This document shows positions 1-9,558 of a stretch of DNA of 64,000 nucleotides, piece after piece; position 1 is the first letter of the stretch, and each line of letters begins with the position of its first letter. A program made the translations under genes and the position numbers. The stretch is from positions 151,968 to 215,967 of the forward strand of contig JAZKFH010000017.1 in NCBI GenBank assembly GCA_040386535.1, given 5' to 3'. Source of the stretch: Myxococcota bacterium (GTDB lineage: Bacteria > Myxococcota_A > UBA796 > SXON01). The notes beneath the pieces are model-generated. The model had not been told where the DNA came from, searched no databases, and worked only from the letters and a program-made list of their open reading frames with translations.

Positions 1-3000
1 CTCGATGCCATCGGAGAGCGTGTCACCGTCGGTGTCGGGGTTGGCCGGGTCGGTGCCGAAGCCCCACTCGGCCAGGTCCGTGAGGCCGTCGCCGTCCCGA
101 TCGTCCGTCTCCGCCCAGCCGTCACAATCGTCGTCGAGCCCGTTCTCGCGCTCGATCGCCCCGGGATGTACGGCGGGATCGGTGTCGTCGCAGTCCTCGG
201 CAACGAGCCAGCCGTCGCCGTCCTGGTCGTCGTCGCGGCCGTCACAATCGTCGTCCACGCCGTCGTACCAGAGCTCCACGGCGCCCGGGTTCACGGCGGC
301 GTCGGTGTCGTCGCAGTCGTCGCCCGCGCCTAGCTCGTTCTGGTAGCCGTCGCCATCGCGGTCCCACTCGGAGAGCCCGTCACAATCGGTGTCCTGGCCA
401 TCGGAGGGGTCCTCGTACGCGCCCGGAAACGCGCGAGGATCGCCGTCGTTGCAGTCGGTGCCGCCCGCGGGCTCGCCCACCCACCCGTCGCCGTCCACGT
501 CGACCAGGTCGGCGCCGGAGCAGTCCTGGTCGATGGTGTCGTACGGAAGCTCGGTGTTGCCGGGGAACCGCGCCGCGGACAGATCGTCGCAATCCGCGCC
601 GCCGTACGCCGACGCGTCGTGCCCGTCCCGGTCGCGATCGTAGTCGGAGCGGCCGTCACAGTCGGCGTCGATGCCGTCGTACCAGGTCTCCGGGCGCGTC
701 CCGTACACGGTGGGATCGGCATCGTCGCAGTCGTCGCCGCCCCCCACGATCGCGTCGTGCCGGTCGCCGTCGTAGTCGTAGTCGGAGCCGCCGCTGCAGT
801 CGGCGTCGACCCCGTCGTACCAGACCTCCAGGGCGCCCGGGAACACGCTCGCCTCGTCGTCGTCGCAGTCGCCGCCGGACACGCGGCCGAAGCCGTCACC
901 GTCCACGTCGTCCAGATCGCCGCCCGAGCAGTCCTGGTCGATCGCGTCGTAGGCCACCTCGGGCGCGCCCGGGTACACGGCCGCGTCGCCGTCGTCACAG
1001 TCCACGTTGTCGAACCAACCGTCGCGATCGCCGTCCTGCACGTCCGCGTCGGGGCCGCCGAAGGCGCCGATGTCGGAGCGGGTGCCGTCGACGTCGAAGA
1101 TCGCGGGGCTGCCCGCGTCCAGGGCGGGGCTGCCGACGGCGAGGGACAGGTCGTCGTCCGTCTCGTCGCCGTCCGCGGAGTAGGCCACGAGCCGCGGGTC
1201 GAGCGAGAGGTTGCCGCTGGTGCCGGTGGGATCCGCGAAGGCGCCGGCCCAGCCGCCGCCCGCGTCGTCCCACACGAGATCGTAGAAGTGATCCGAGCCG
1301 GTGCCGGAGAGGCCCCACACCCCGCCGCCGTCGACCGCCTGGGTGAAGAGATCGTTGACGAGGCGCACGGGCCCGCCGGCGTAGACGTGGCCGCCGTCGT
1401 CGGTGGCGTCGTTGCCGGCGAAGGTGCAGTTCTCGACCGACACCTGCACCACGCCGTCCACGTGGAGGCCGCCGCCGTCGGTGGCGGTGTTGTCGGTCAC
1501 GCGCAGGTTCGTCAACGTGGCGGAGACGCGGGGCGTCGCGATGCGGATTGCGCCGCCGGAGCGGCCGGTGTTGCCATGGAAATAGCCACGGGAGAGGGTC
1601 ACGGTGTCGACCGCGTCGGCGTGGACGGCGCCGCCGTCGCCGCGTGCGTCATTGCGGAAGAAGGTCGCTTCGCGGACGGTGAGGCGCGCGCCGGTGACTT
1701 GGATCGCGCCGCCGTCGTCGTCCGCGGAGTTGGCGACGAAGCGGGCGCCGTCGACGTCCAAGGTGTCATCGGCCGCCACCGCGCCGCCGCCGCCGAGCGT
1801 GGCGACGTTGCTGTCGAACGTGCCGCCCTCGATGGAGAGCGGGCCCTGGCACCACACGGCGCCGCCGCTGCCCGTGGCGCTGCGGTCGTTGAGGAACGAC
1901 ACGTCGATCAGAATGAGGGCGCCGCTGCCCGCGGCCGCGATGGCGCCGCCGTCCGAGCGTGCGGTGTTCGCGACGAACACGGCGCCGTCGAAGCGCGCGG
2001 TGGCCGCGCCCTCCAACACGGCCGCGCCGCCGGCGCCGCCGGACTCGTTGTCCTGCCAGGTGCCGTCGACATCGTCCCAGGACGAGCCGCTCCCGAGCAG
2101 GAGCGCGCCGCCGTCGTTGGTGGCGACGTTGCCCTCGAACAGGCACGCCTCGCACGATCCCGTCGTGCCGCCGCGCGCGGCCACCGCGGCGCCCTCGTCG
2201 GCCACCGCGCCCGAGATGACGAGGCGCAAGCCGTCGAACGTCGCGCCGTCGAGCGCCACGGCGCCGCCCGTCGCGTTCACGAGGGACACGTCCACGAGCA
2301 CGACGCCCGCGCTGTCGTCGGCGAAGATCGCGCCGCCGAGATCGGCGGTGGCGCCGGTCACCATGGCGGTGTCGAGCGTGAGCGCGCCGTGGCCGGTCAC
2401 GTAGAAGCCGCCGCCGTCGCCACCCGTCGCGAGCGCAACATCGAGGGACAGGTAGACCAATTCGAGCGTGCCGCCGTCGACGTGGGCGAACCCGCCGTCG
2501 CGCGTGGAGGTGATGTCGGTGGCGAGCACGGTGGTGAGCGTGACGGTGGCGCCGCCGCTCACGTGCAGGGCGCCGCCGTACGTGGCGGTGCCGCCGGAGA
2601 ACACGAGGTTGGTGCCGGTCACGACGGCGCCGAGGCCGGCGTGGAGCTGCCCGCCCCACGTGGCGGCGCCGCCGGAGAAGCTCACGTCGCGGAGCGTCGC
2701 GACGGCGTCCTCCACGGACAGGCCCCCGCCCGCGACGCCGAGCGCGCCCGCGCCCTGCACGACCAGATCGGTGCCGGTGAAGGTGCCGCCGTCGACCACC
2801 ACTGCGCGGCCGCCGGAGGGGGTGATCGTGAAGCCTTCGAGCGTCGCGCGTTCGCCGCGGGTGAGGGTGAACACGTCGGCCGCGGTGGCGGGGGCGAGGA
2901 ACGTCACGCCCGAGCCGCCCGTGGAGCGGATCACGAGGTCCTTCCCGCCGAGATCGAGGGCCTCGGCCCACGCACCGGGGGCCACCTCGAGCGTGTCGCC

Positions 3001-3102
3001 GTCGTTGGCCGCGGAGACGGCCGCGCCGATCGTGGCATAGGGCCCGCTGCCGCCCACGGCGAAGGTGGCCGCGGAAGCGGCACCGAACCAGAACACGATC
3101 AT
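1..3102 (-). CDS. Large secreted protein, 3' end outside the window: parallel beta-helix (GGA..F..N, Pmp/pectin-lyase-like) region, then DCDD/MopE-like putative metal-binding repeats and TSP3-like repeats
   Basis: Not in the ORF track because it runs off the window. ATG at 3102 overlaps the upstream TGA (ATGA). Reads MIVFWFGAASAATFAVGGSGPYATIGAAVSAANDGDTLEVAPG..., then repeated GGA motifs, then DCDD..PGA.E..YDG.D.DCDG repeats in 100-1050 and DGDGLTDLAEW..GTDPANPDTDGD at the window edge. Confidence 0.8.
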   Translation of the reverse strand, partial: MIVFWFGAASAATFAVGGSGPYATIGAAVSAANDGDTLEVAPGAWAEALDLGGKDLVIRSTGGSGVTFLAPATAADVFTLTRGERATLEGFTITPSGGRAVVVDGGTFTGTDLVVQGAGALGVAGGGLSVEDAVATLRDVSFSGGAATWGGQLHAGLGAVVTGTNLVFSGGTATYGGALHVSGGATVTLTTVLATDITSTRDGGFAHVDGGTLELVYLSLDVALATGGDGGGFYVTGHGALTLDTAMVTGATADLGGAIFADDSAGVVLVDVSLVNATGGAVALDGATFDGLRLVISGAVADEGAAVAARGGTTGSCEACLFEGNVATNDGGALLLGSGSSWDDVDGTWQDNESGGAGGAAVLEGAATARFDGAVFVANTARSDGGAIAAAGSGALILIDVSFLNDRSATGSGGAVWCQGPLSIEGGTFDSNVATLGGGGAVAADDTLDVDGARFVANSADDDGGAIQVTGARLTVREATFFRNDARGDGGAVHADAVDTVTLSRGYFHGNTGRSGGAIRIATPRVSATLTNLRVTDNTATDGGGLHVDGVVQVSVENCTFAGNDATDDGGHVYAGGPVRLVNDLFTQAVDGGGVWGLSGTGSDHFYDLVWDDAGGGWAGAFADPTGTSGNLSLDPRLVAYSADGDETDDDLSLAVGSPALDAGSPAIFDVDGTRSDIGAFGGPDADVQDGDRDGWFDNVDCDDGDAAVYPGAPEVAYDAIDQDCSGGDLDDVDGDGFGRVSGGDCDDDEASVFPGALEVWYDGVDADCSGGSDYDYDGDRHDAIVGGGDDCDDADPTVYGTRPETWYDGIDADCDGRSDYDRDRDGHDASAYGGADCDDLSAARFPGNTELPYDTIDQDCSGADLVDVDGDGWVGEPAGGTDCNDGDPRAFPGAYEDPSDGQDTDCDGLSEWDRDGDGYQNELGAGDDCDDTDAAVNPGAVELWYDGVDDDCDGRDDDQDGDGWLVAEDCDDTDPAVHPGAIERENGLDDDCDGWAETDDRDGDGLTDLAEWGFGTDPANPDTDGDTLSDGIE

Positions 3103-4583
3103 GTGCGCCTCCGGACGGCGAGCAGGCTCATCAGTGCGAGGAGCGCGGGGGTTCCGCCTCCTTCCGATACGGGGGAACAGCCGCAGCCGCCGGGCTCGCC
3201 GGAGAGGTCGGCGGCGCCGAGGCGGACTTCGGGGGCGGTGTCGGTGGGGGCGGTGTCGGTTTCGGTGTTGGCGGTGTCGGTGTTGGCGGTGTCGGTGTCG
3301 GCGGTGTCGGTAGCGGTATCGGTGTCGGTATCGGTGTCGGCGGTGTCGCCCGTGTCGCCCGTGTCGTCACTGGCTTGGAGTGTGTAGGAGAGCTGGGCCT
3401 CGTCCATCTCCAGGAGGCCGAACGCGCCGAGGCGGAGGGTGTCGACCGAGCCGAGCGGGGTGGACAACGTGGCGCCCGTGCCCCACGTGGCGGTGAGCGT
3501 GGCGCCGTCCCAATCGACGACCAATCCCACCCAGGCCCCCGGGGTCGGCACCCCGACCAGGTGGCCCACGCGGCTGTCCACCGTCTCGACCCACAAGTGC
3601 CACGTCGGCCCGAGGAGCGCGAGCGCGGGGGCGGCGGCGGCCTCCTCGCCCCAGGCCGCGAACCCGGGCGTCACGAGCGGGCCGCGGTCGCCGCTGGTGG
3701 CGACGAGGTCCGCGTCGGCGGCGGCGTCGGTGCCGTACACGCCGTCCGCCCCGACCCACACGGCGGCGAGCCCGCCCCCGAAGGAGACGGCGTCGATCCC
3801 AGCGAGCCGCGTCGGCCCGGCGACCACGGTCGCGGCGCTCCAGCTACGCCCGTCGGTCGACGTGGCGCTCACGACGCCCGTGCCGTCGTCGATCCACATC
3901 TGCCATCCCCCCGCCTCCCGCGCGGTCACGGTGACCTCGGGCGCGGCGGCGGTGGTGAAGAGCACGGCGCCCAGGGAGAACGTCACCCCGTCGGCGGACG
4001 TGGCAAGACACACCCCGTCCAAATCGGGGCACGCGTAGTAGAGGACCACGCCGCCACCGTCCACGACCGCGTCGGGCGCCGACCCGGTGACCACGGCGCC
4101 GAGCTCGGTCCACGTGGTCCCGTCGGACGAGCGCGCGGCGTGCACCGCGCCGGCCTGCTCGCGGTACAGGACCCAGCCCGCACCCAAACGAACAATCGCG
4201 GGCGAACGCCCGTCGAACGTGCTCGCGGCGTCCGCCTCCCAAGCTTGTTCACCCAGGGGGAGCGGCGCCGAGGAGGCGCCCAGCGTCAGGCCGCCGCCGT
4301 CGGTGTAGGTGGCGGCCAGGGTGGCTTCCGCACTCGCGTCGCCCGCGGCGAACGAGAGTTGGGTGCCTTCGGCCAGGCGGACGCGGGCCGCGAGGTGGAA
4401 GCTCTCCATCGCGCCGGGCGCCAGCACCACCTCGCCGTCGCGGGCGGCGAGCACGCCGGCGGAGACACTGCCGCCGGTCCATCCGCCGTCGTCGTCCGTG
4501 AACGCGGTGGCGAGGGTGCCGGCGTGGGCCCCCGGGAGGATCCAGGGGACGGCCCAGAGGGCGATGGACAGGGGGAGAGCCAT
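3099..4583 (-). CDS. Secreted/surface protein with Asp-Thr linker and MYXO-CTERM-like C-terminal anchor
   Basis: Signal peptide (..PGAHA), DT-rich linker, C-terminal GCGCS...LLALMSLLAVRRRT. Confidence 0.75.
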   Translation of the reverse strand: MALPLSIALWAVPWILPGAHAGTLATAFTDDDGGWTGGSVSAGVLAARDGEVVLAPGAMESFHLAARVRLAEGTQLSFAAGDASAEATLAATYTDGGGLTLGASSAPLPLGEQAWEADAASTFDGRSPAIVRLGAGWVLYREQAGAVHAARSSDGTTWTELGAVVTGSAPDAVVDGGGVVLYYACPDLDGVCLATSADGVTFSLGAVLFTTAAAPEVTVTAREAGGWQMWIDDGTGVVSATSTDGRSWSAATVVAGPTRLAGIDAVSFGGGLAAVWVGADGVYGTDAAADADLVATSGDRGPLVTPGFAAWGEEAAAAPALALLGPTWHLWVETVDSRVGHLVGVPTPGAWVGLVVDWDGATLTATWGTGATLSTPLGSVDTLRLGAFGLLEMDEAQLSYTLQASDDTGDTGDTADTDTDTDTATDTADTDTANTDTANTETDTAPTDTAPEVRLGAADLSGEPGGCGCSPVSEGGGTPALLALMSLLAVRRRT

Positions 4584-4664
4584 GGGGCGCTATCGGTCGG
4601 CGGGGGGTGGAGTTGAGGGGAATCTCGGGAGGGAGGGGCGGCACACGGAGGGGCCGGCGCCGAA

Positions 4665-4714
4665 ACCCGACAGATCTCGCCTCACTGCCGGCACTGACGC
4701 CCGTTCTGTCGGGT
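4665..4714. repeat. Repeat family A, 50-bp palindromic REP-like element, copy 1
   Basis: ACCCGACAGA-tctcgcctca..tgacgcccgt-TCTGTCGGGT with terminal 10-bp IR; recurs at 4802/6399 (split by IS), 58005 and 58164. Confidence 0.85.
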
Positions 4715-4835
4715 CCGTCTGGGCATCGTGGACGAGTTATCGGCGTTCGTCCGTGTCCGCGCGCCGGTTCCCACCGCCAGGAGCTCGATCCGGGCGTCAA
4801 GACCCGACAGATCTCGCCTCACGACCGGTACTGAC

Positions 4836-6374
4836 GATAGCGTCCCAACACATGGTGTACGAGCAAGCGCCAGCTGACGACGCGTTTCTCCACCGAGGGG
4901 GTGGAGAAGGTCACGGGGGTCTCCTAAGGGGTCTTTACACGTCAACCACACCGGAGACCCCCGATGCCCGATCCGCACGTACATGCACCCGAACTCTTTC
5001 GCAAGTTCGCCGAGGGCGTGCCCCAGGACTTCTTTCGGCAGACCCTCGTGAATGCGCTGACTCAGTTCATGGAGACCGAGGTTTCTGCGCTCTGCGCCGC
5101 GGCCTACGGAACGCGCACCGACGAGCGTCAGAACAGTCGCAACGGCTACCGCGAACGGGAGCTCGAGACGCGGCTCGGCACCGTGCCGCTCGAGATCCCG
5201 CGGGTTCGACACGGGACGTACTTCCCGAGCTTCCTCGAGCCGCGCCGGCGCTGGGAGCAGGCGTTCGTGAACGTCGTGTCCGAGGCGTACGTGCTCGGCG
5301 TCTCCACGCGGAAGGTGGAGGAGCTCATGGAGGCGATGGGCGCCAAGGGCGTGACGCGGTCAGAGGTGTCGCGGATGTCCGCTACGCTCGACGCGGACGC
5401 GAAGGTGTTCCGGGAGCGGCCGTTGGACAGGGCGTACCCGTACATCTGGCTGGACGCCCTCTACGTCAAGGTCCGCGAGGGAGGTCGGACGATCTCCAAG
5501 GCGGTGCTCGTGGCCACGGCTGTCGCCGCGACGGGCGAGCGCGAGATCATCGGCGTGGGCGTCGCCGCGGGCGAGATGGAGAGCTGCTGGAAGGCATTCC
5601 TGGAGAGCCTGGTGACGCGGGGGTTGAAGGGGGTGCAGATGGTCATCTCCGACGCCCACGCGGGCCTGCGGAAGGCCGTGGCCAGCGTGCTCATCGGGAC
5701 GACCTGGCAGCGCTGCAGCGTGCACTTTCTGCGCAACGTGCTGGCGCTCCTGCCCAGGTCTGCCCAGCGGCTGGCGGCCGGGGCCTTCCGCACCGCGTTC
5801 GACCAGTCGAACCTGGCGTCCGCGAAGGAGTTCTTCGGCAAGGCGATCGAGCTCTTGGAGGCCAAGTACCCGAAGGCCGCCAACTGCGCGCGGGAGGGCG
5901 AGGAGGACGTGCTGGCCTACATGAGCTTCCCCGAGCTCCACTGGCGGCAGATCCGCTCCACCAACCCGCTGGAGCGCCTGAACCGGGAGATCCGGCGCCG
6001 GACCGATGTGGTCGGCATCTTCCCGAACGACGCCTCGCTGCTGCGCCTCGTGACCATGCTCCTCGTCGAGCAGCACGACGAGTGGTCGGTGGGACGCCGC
6101 TACTTCAGCATCGAGTCGATGCAGGCGGTGGCCGCTCCATCGGAGAACGCCCAGATCGCCGCGAAGTAGATCCCCGGGGCTCGTCCCTGCCCACTACTGC
6201 CTCCCGACGTCCGTGTTGCTTCACACCGCGGGCGAAGGCGGCCCTGCGTTCCACCTTCGCCGTTTATCCAGATTGGTCCAGCCTGACGGCTGTCCAAGAC
6301 CCCCTCCACCCAGTCCATGAGGCCCCTGACGAGCACCCCCGTGATCGTCGTACACCACTTGACGGGACGCTACT
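4836..6374 (+). mobile_element. IS256-family insertion sequence, complete, inserted in family A copy 2
   Basis: Imperfect terminal IRs at 4836-4862 and 6348-6374 (21/27 match). 9-bp target duplication GGTACTGAC at 4827-4835 and 6375-6383. Single transposase. Confidence 0.92.
4964..6169 (+). CDS. IS256-family (Mutator-type DDE) transposase
   Basis: Motifs RNGYRER..TRLG...IPR.R.G.YFPS, GVSTRKV, WLDALYVKVRE, ISDAHAGL, WQRC.VHF.RN, STNPLERLNREIRRRT.VVGIFPN. Confidence 0.96.
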   Translation: MPDPHVHAPELFRKFAEGVPQDFFRQTLVNALTQFMETEVSALCAAAYGTRTDERQNSRNGYRERELETRLGTVPLEIPRVRHGTYFPSFLEPRRRWEQAFVNVVSEAYVLGVSTRKVEELMEAMGAKGVTRSEVSRMSATLDADAKVFRERPLDRAYPYIWLDALYVKVREGGRTISKAVLVATAVAATGEREIIGVGVAAGEMESCWKAFLESLVTRGLKGVQMVISDAHAGLRKAVASVLIGTTWQRCSVHFLRNVLALLPRSAQRLAAGAFRTAFDQSNLASAKEFFGKAIELLEAKYPKAANCAREGEEDVLAYMSFPELHWRQIRSTNPLERLNREIRRRTDVVGIFPNDASLLRLVTMLLVEQHDEWSVGRRYFSIESMQAVAAPSENAQIAAK

Positions 6375-6713
6375 GGTACTGACGCCCGTTCTGTCGGGTC
6401 CCGCGGGGGTGCCACCTGCGGGGACAGCGTGGCGCAGAGTCCCCGGGCGGGCGTCGGCGCCCCGGCGGGTTTCAAGTCCGGAGCTCCGGAGACGGAGAAT
6501 CAGGAAGGCAGGAATAGCGGAAAGCAGGAGGGGGCGTGGACCGGATGTGATGCACTTCGATCGGTCACCCGCCGAACGGCACGAAGGGCTACCTGCTCGA
6601 CAGGGGCGCGTCGGTGGTCGCGCGGGCTCCGGAGCGGTGCATCGGCCGTCTCTGCGCCCAACGATCGGGCGGCACGGGCAGGCCGGCGCCGGAGACCTCG
6701 CCTCCGTGACAGT

Positions 6714-6920
6714 GTGGTGGCCAACATCGGCGATCATCCGGAATGATCCCGCCTCCGTGACCGCGTGGCGGACGAAGTCGGGGGACCTGTCGAACAGGTA
6801 GGCGGGTTTCGTCCGTGTGGCGGACGAAGTCGGGGGACCTGTCGAACAGGTAGGCGGGTTTCGTCCGTGTGGCGGACGAAGTCGGGGGACCTGTCGAACA
6901 GGTAGGCGGGTTTCGTCCGT
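6714..6920. repeat. Tandem array of hairpin units: three identical 52-bp units (6765-6920) plus one diverged 51-bp unit (6714-6764)
   Basis: Unit gtggcggacgaagtcgggggacctgtcgaacaggtaggcgggtttcgtccgt with nested IRs (cggacgaa/ttcgtccg; acctgt/acaggt); no spacers. Confidence 0.9.
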
Positions 6921-7156
6921 AGCTACGCGTTCCCGGACTGCGGGTAGCGTAGGCGCGTCCAAGACGAGCGTATGTGCACTCCCGAAACTCGAGCGACGCT
7001 GAGCGAGCGGGTCAAGATCGCCGACATCGACCGCCATCTCGACGCGACGTTTCCCGCGGCGTTGGAGCGGTAGACGACGACCCGCGGGCGCTCCCCCCGC
7101 GCTCCTCCCGGGATACCGCTGACGCTGGACCAGAGCCTCGCCATGCGCCCACCGAG

Positions 7157-7837
7157 ATGAGGATGCCACGAAGCACCTTGGGACGCAGTAGCATCGCGTT
7201 CGGTGCCGCACTGCTGTTCGCCGGCTGGCGTTGGTGGTTCGCCGGCATCTGCCACGGAGGGGTCGTCGAGGTGGTGGCCGGTGCGCACGTCGAGCTCGTG
7301 CGAGAGGCCGACGGGGTCACGGTGTACATCTACGACGAGGACATGCGCCGCAGGTGGTTCATCTGGGGAGAGGCAGGTTTCTTCGGCGGGCCGTTCGCGA
7401 CGCTCGAGCCGAGGTGGGACGGAGGCGCCTTCGCACCGCTGCACTTCGACCCGACGGCACACCAGGTGTTCCTGCTCTCCCTCCAGCTCGACCCGCAGCT
7501 CAAGCCGGAAGGCATGGTGTTCGAGGTGCCGCCCGGGCCGACGCCGACCGACGCGGACCACGGCGGCGAGATCGTGGAGGTGGGGGACTTGCGAATCGAG
7601 CACCTCGTCGCGGACGGACGAGATTTGTTCTGGTTCACCGACCGGCACGGACACTCGCGTATCTCCGACGTGCTGGCGTCGGTGCGTGTGGGAGACTGCG
7701 ACCTCGAGCCCGCTGGGATCGGTGATTACAGGGCCTCGGAGGCACCCGATGGGTGCATCGGCGAGGGCCCGTTCACCATCGAAGCCGAGGTGTCGTACCG
7801 GGAGACCCTCGTGGCACGGTTCCCTGGCAGGCCGTAG
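7157..7837 (+). CDS. Hypothetical membrane-anchored protein with two HGG-motif repeats
   Basis: N-terminal hydrophobic segment; HGGVVEVVAGAHVELV and HGGEIVEVGDLRIEHLV; start inferred at ATG 7157. Confidence 0.6.
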   Translation: MRMPRSTLGRSSIAFGAALLFAGWRWWFAGICHGGVVEVVAGAHVELVREADGVTVYIYDEDMRRRWFIWGEAGFFGGPFATLEPRWDGGAFAPLHFDPTAHQVFLLSLQLDPQLKPEGMVFEVPPGPTPTDADHGGEIVEVGDLRIEHLVADGRDLFWFTDRHGHSRISDVLASVRVGDCDLEPAGIGDYRASEAPDGCIGEGPFTIEAEVSYRETLVARFPGRP

Positions 7838-8029
7838 CGGTCCGGGCGGCCCGCATCGAGCACACCCAAGTGACACCCCCCCCGCGCCAGGCCTCCGGAG
7901 GGCGCCGCCGCGGGCGGCGGCGGTTCGGCGCCCCGGCGCGGAGCGACGGCCGCGCCAACCAAGCGAAGCGCGCCCGGAGGAGGCCGACCCGGCGGAGCCG
8001 GGGGGCGCCCAGGCGTTCTCGAGGATGGG

Positions 8030-8782
8030 TCAGTCCACCGCCCCACCACGCGGGGCGAGGCCGAGGAGCATCGTCTCCTGGAGGCGCGCCGTGTAGCGGA
8101 CGAGCGCGGCGGTGGCGTCGTCGGGGATGGAGTCGAAGAAGATTGCGATACGATGGGTCGCGATGTCGCCGGGCACGCCGGGGCCGACCCGCCGCTCGCG
8201 CACGGGGATGGGGAGCACGCGCACGACGCGCCCGACGCACCGCCAGCCGGGGCCCTCGCCGGGCAGGGCCACGGTGCAGAGCAGGGTCTCGCCTTCGAGC
8301 ACGTATTCGCCGTCCTCGAACGCGAGGCCGGTGGCGCTCACGTCCATCCGCGCGTCGGGCTCGCGAAACGCGCCCGGGACCTCGGCGCCGCGCATCCACG
8401 CGTCGAGGGTGCGCGGCGTGGCGAGGCGGTAGCGGAGGGACACCATGCCCCACAAGCGGGGATATTCGCGGCGGTCGACCGTGGGGAGGCGGATGACACG
8501 CGCGGTGAGGACCAAGCCGGCTTGGGCGGTCACGATCGCGACGGCGCGCGGCGGGGCGGGGGCCGGGAGCTCGAGGATGAGCCGGGCGCCCACGGGGATG
8601 GCCTCGGGGTGGGTGAGGCGCAGCTCGATCTCGTCGCCCTCGGCGCGCACCACGGCGGCGCCCATGTGTGTGGGGCTCGCCGCCGCATGGAGCACGCGCA
8701 CCGGTGTACCCACCGGGATGGCGAGCATCAGGGGGGCGTCCCGGCGCGGCTCGAAGGACTCGACAGAGGGCATGCTACTCAT
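8030..8782 (-). CDS. PilZ-domain protein (c-di-GMP receptor, YcgR-like layout)
   Basis: RREYPR (RxxxR) and DVSATG (DxSxxG); overlaps the stop of the sigma gene. Confidence 0.8.
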   Translation of the reverse strand: MSSMPSVESFEPRRDAPLMLAIPVGTPVRVLHAAASPTHMGAAVVRAEGDEIELRLTHPEAIPVGARLILELPAPAPPRAVAIVTAQAGLVLTARVIRLPTVDRREYPRLWGMVSLRYRLATPRTLDAWMRGAEVPGAFREPDARMDVSATGLAFEDGEYVLEGETLLCTVALPGEGPGWRCVGRVVRVLPIPVRERRVGPGVPGDIATHRIAIFFDSIPDDATAALVRYTARLQETMLLGLAPRGGAVD

Positions 8783-9554
8783 TTGGGTTGGCTCCGAGCA
8801 CGCGCTGCAGCCGCTTGACGGCCTGCCCGTGAATCTGACAAATGCGGCTCTCGGTCACGCCGAGGCGCGCGCCGATCTGCTTGAGGGACTGGCCGCCCTG
8901 GTAGTAGGCGGTGACCACGTCGCGCTCGCGCTCCGACAGGGTGTCGATCGCCTTGTGCAAGGCGGCGAACTTCTCGGCGGCCTCCCAGCGGTCGAGTGGG
9001 CAGGCGTTCTCGCCGGCGATGTGGTCGGCCAGCGAACCGGTGGCGTCGTCCGAGGGGGGGGCGTCGAGTGACACGAGGCGACGGATCTCGTTGTCCGTGC
9101 GCACCCGGTCGAAGTCCTCGGGCGCCATCTCGAGCGCCTGGGCCATCTCCTCGCGCGTCGGCTCGCGCCCGGTGCGGCGGCGGAGCTGGGTGCGCACGTC
9201 GTCGATGCGGGCGGTGTTGCGACGCACGGCGCGCGGCGTCCAATCCGCCTCGCGCAGCGCGTCCACGATGGCGCCGCGGATGCGGATCTCGGCGTAGGCG
9301 CGCAGCGGCACCCCGCGGGACGCATCGTACCGATCGACCGCGTCGATGAGGCCGAGGATGCCCATGTGTGTGAGCTCGTCCACGTCTACGTTGCCGGGGA
9401 GGCGCTGCGCCATCCGCGACGCGATGGTGCGCACGAGGGGGTAGTTCTCGGCGATCAGCTGCTCGCGCGTGGGCGCCGCCGTCGGGGCGGGCGGGGCCGG
9501 GACGGCGAGGCCACGCGGGGCGCGTTGGTGGGAAGAGACGGGCTCGGTGTTCAT
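8775..9554 (-). CDS. fliA: FliA/WhiG-family (sigma28) RNA polymerase sigma factor
   Basis: LPGNVDVDEL..MGILGLIDAVDRYD, YAEIRIRGAIVDALR..DWTPR..R, region 4 SLKQIG..LGVTESRICQIH. Confidence 0.9.
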   Translation of the reverse strand: MNTEPVSSHQRAPRGLAVPAPPAPTAAPTREQLIAENYPLVRTIASRMAQRLPGNVDVDELTHMGILGLIDAVDRYDASRGVPLRAYAEIRIRGAIVDALREADWTPRAVRRNTARIDDVRTQLRRRTGREPTREEMAQALEMAPEDFDRVRTDNEIRRLVSLDAPPSDDATGSLADHIAGENACPLDRWEAAEKFAALHKAIDTLSERERDVVTAYYQGGQSLKQIGARLGVTESRICQIHGQAVKRLQRVLGANPNE

Positions 9555-9558
9555 GGAG

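Noticed and set aside
619..3387. 922-aa plus-strand ORF
   Set aside because: Antisense shadow of the real minus-strand beta-helix/DCDD gene; long stop-free antisense frames are expected at this GC content
4309..6801. 830-aa ORF spanning the IS
   Set aside because: Arg/Pro/Gly-rich alternative frame crossing IS boundaries and repeats; no motifs
6765..6920. Possible CRISPR array
   Set aside because: Units are contiguous and identical with no unique spacers; no cas genes in the window
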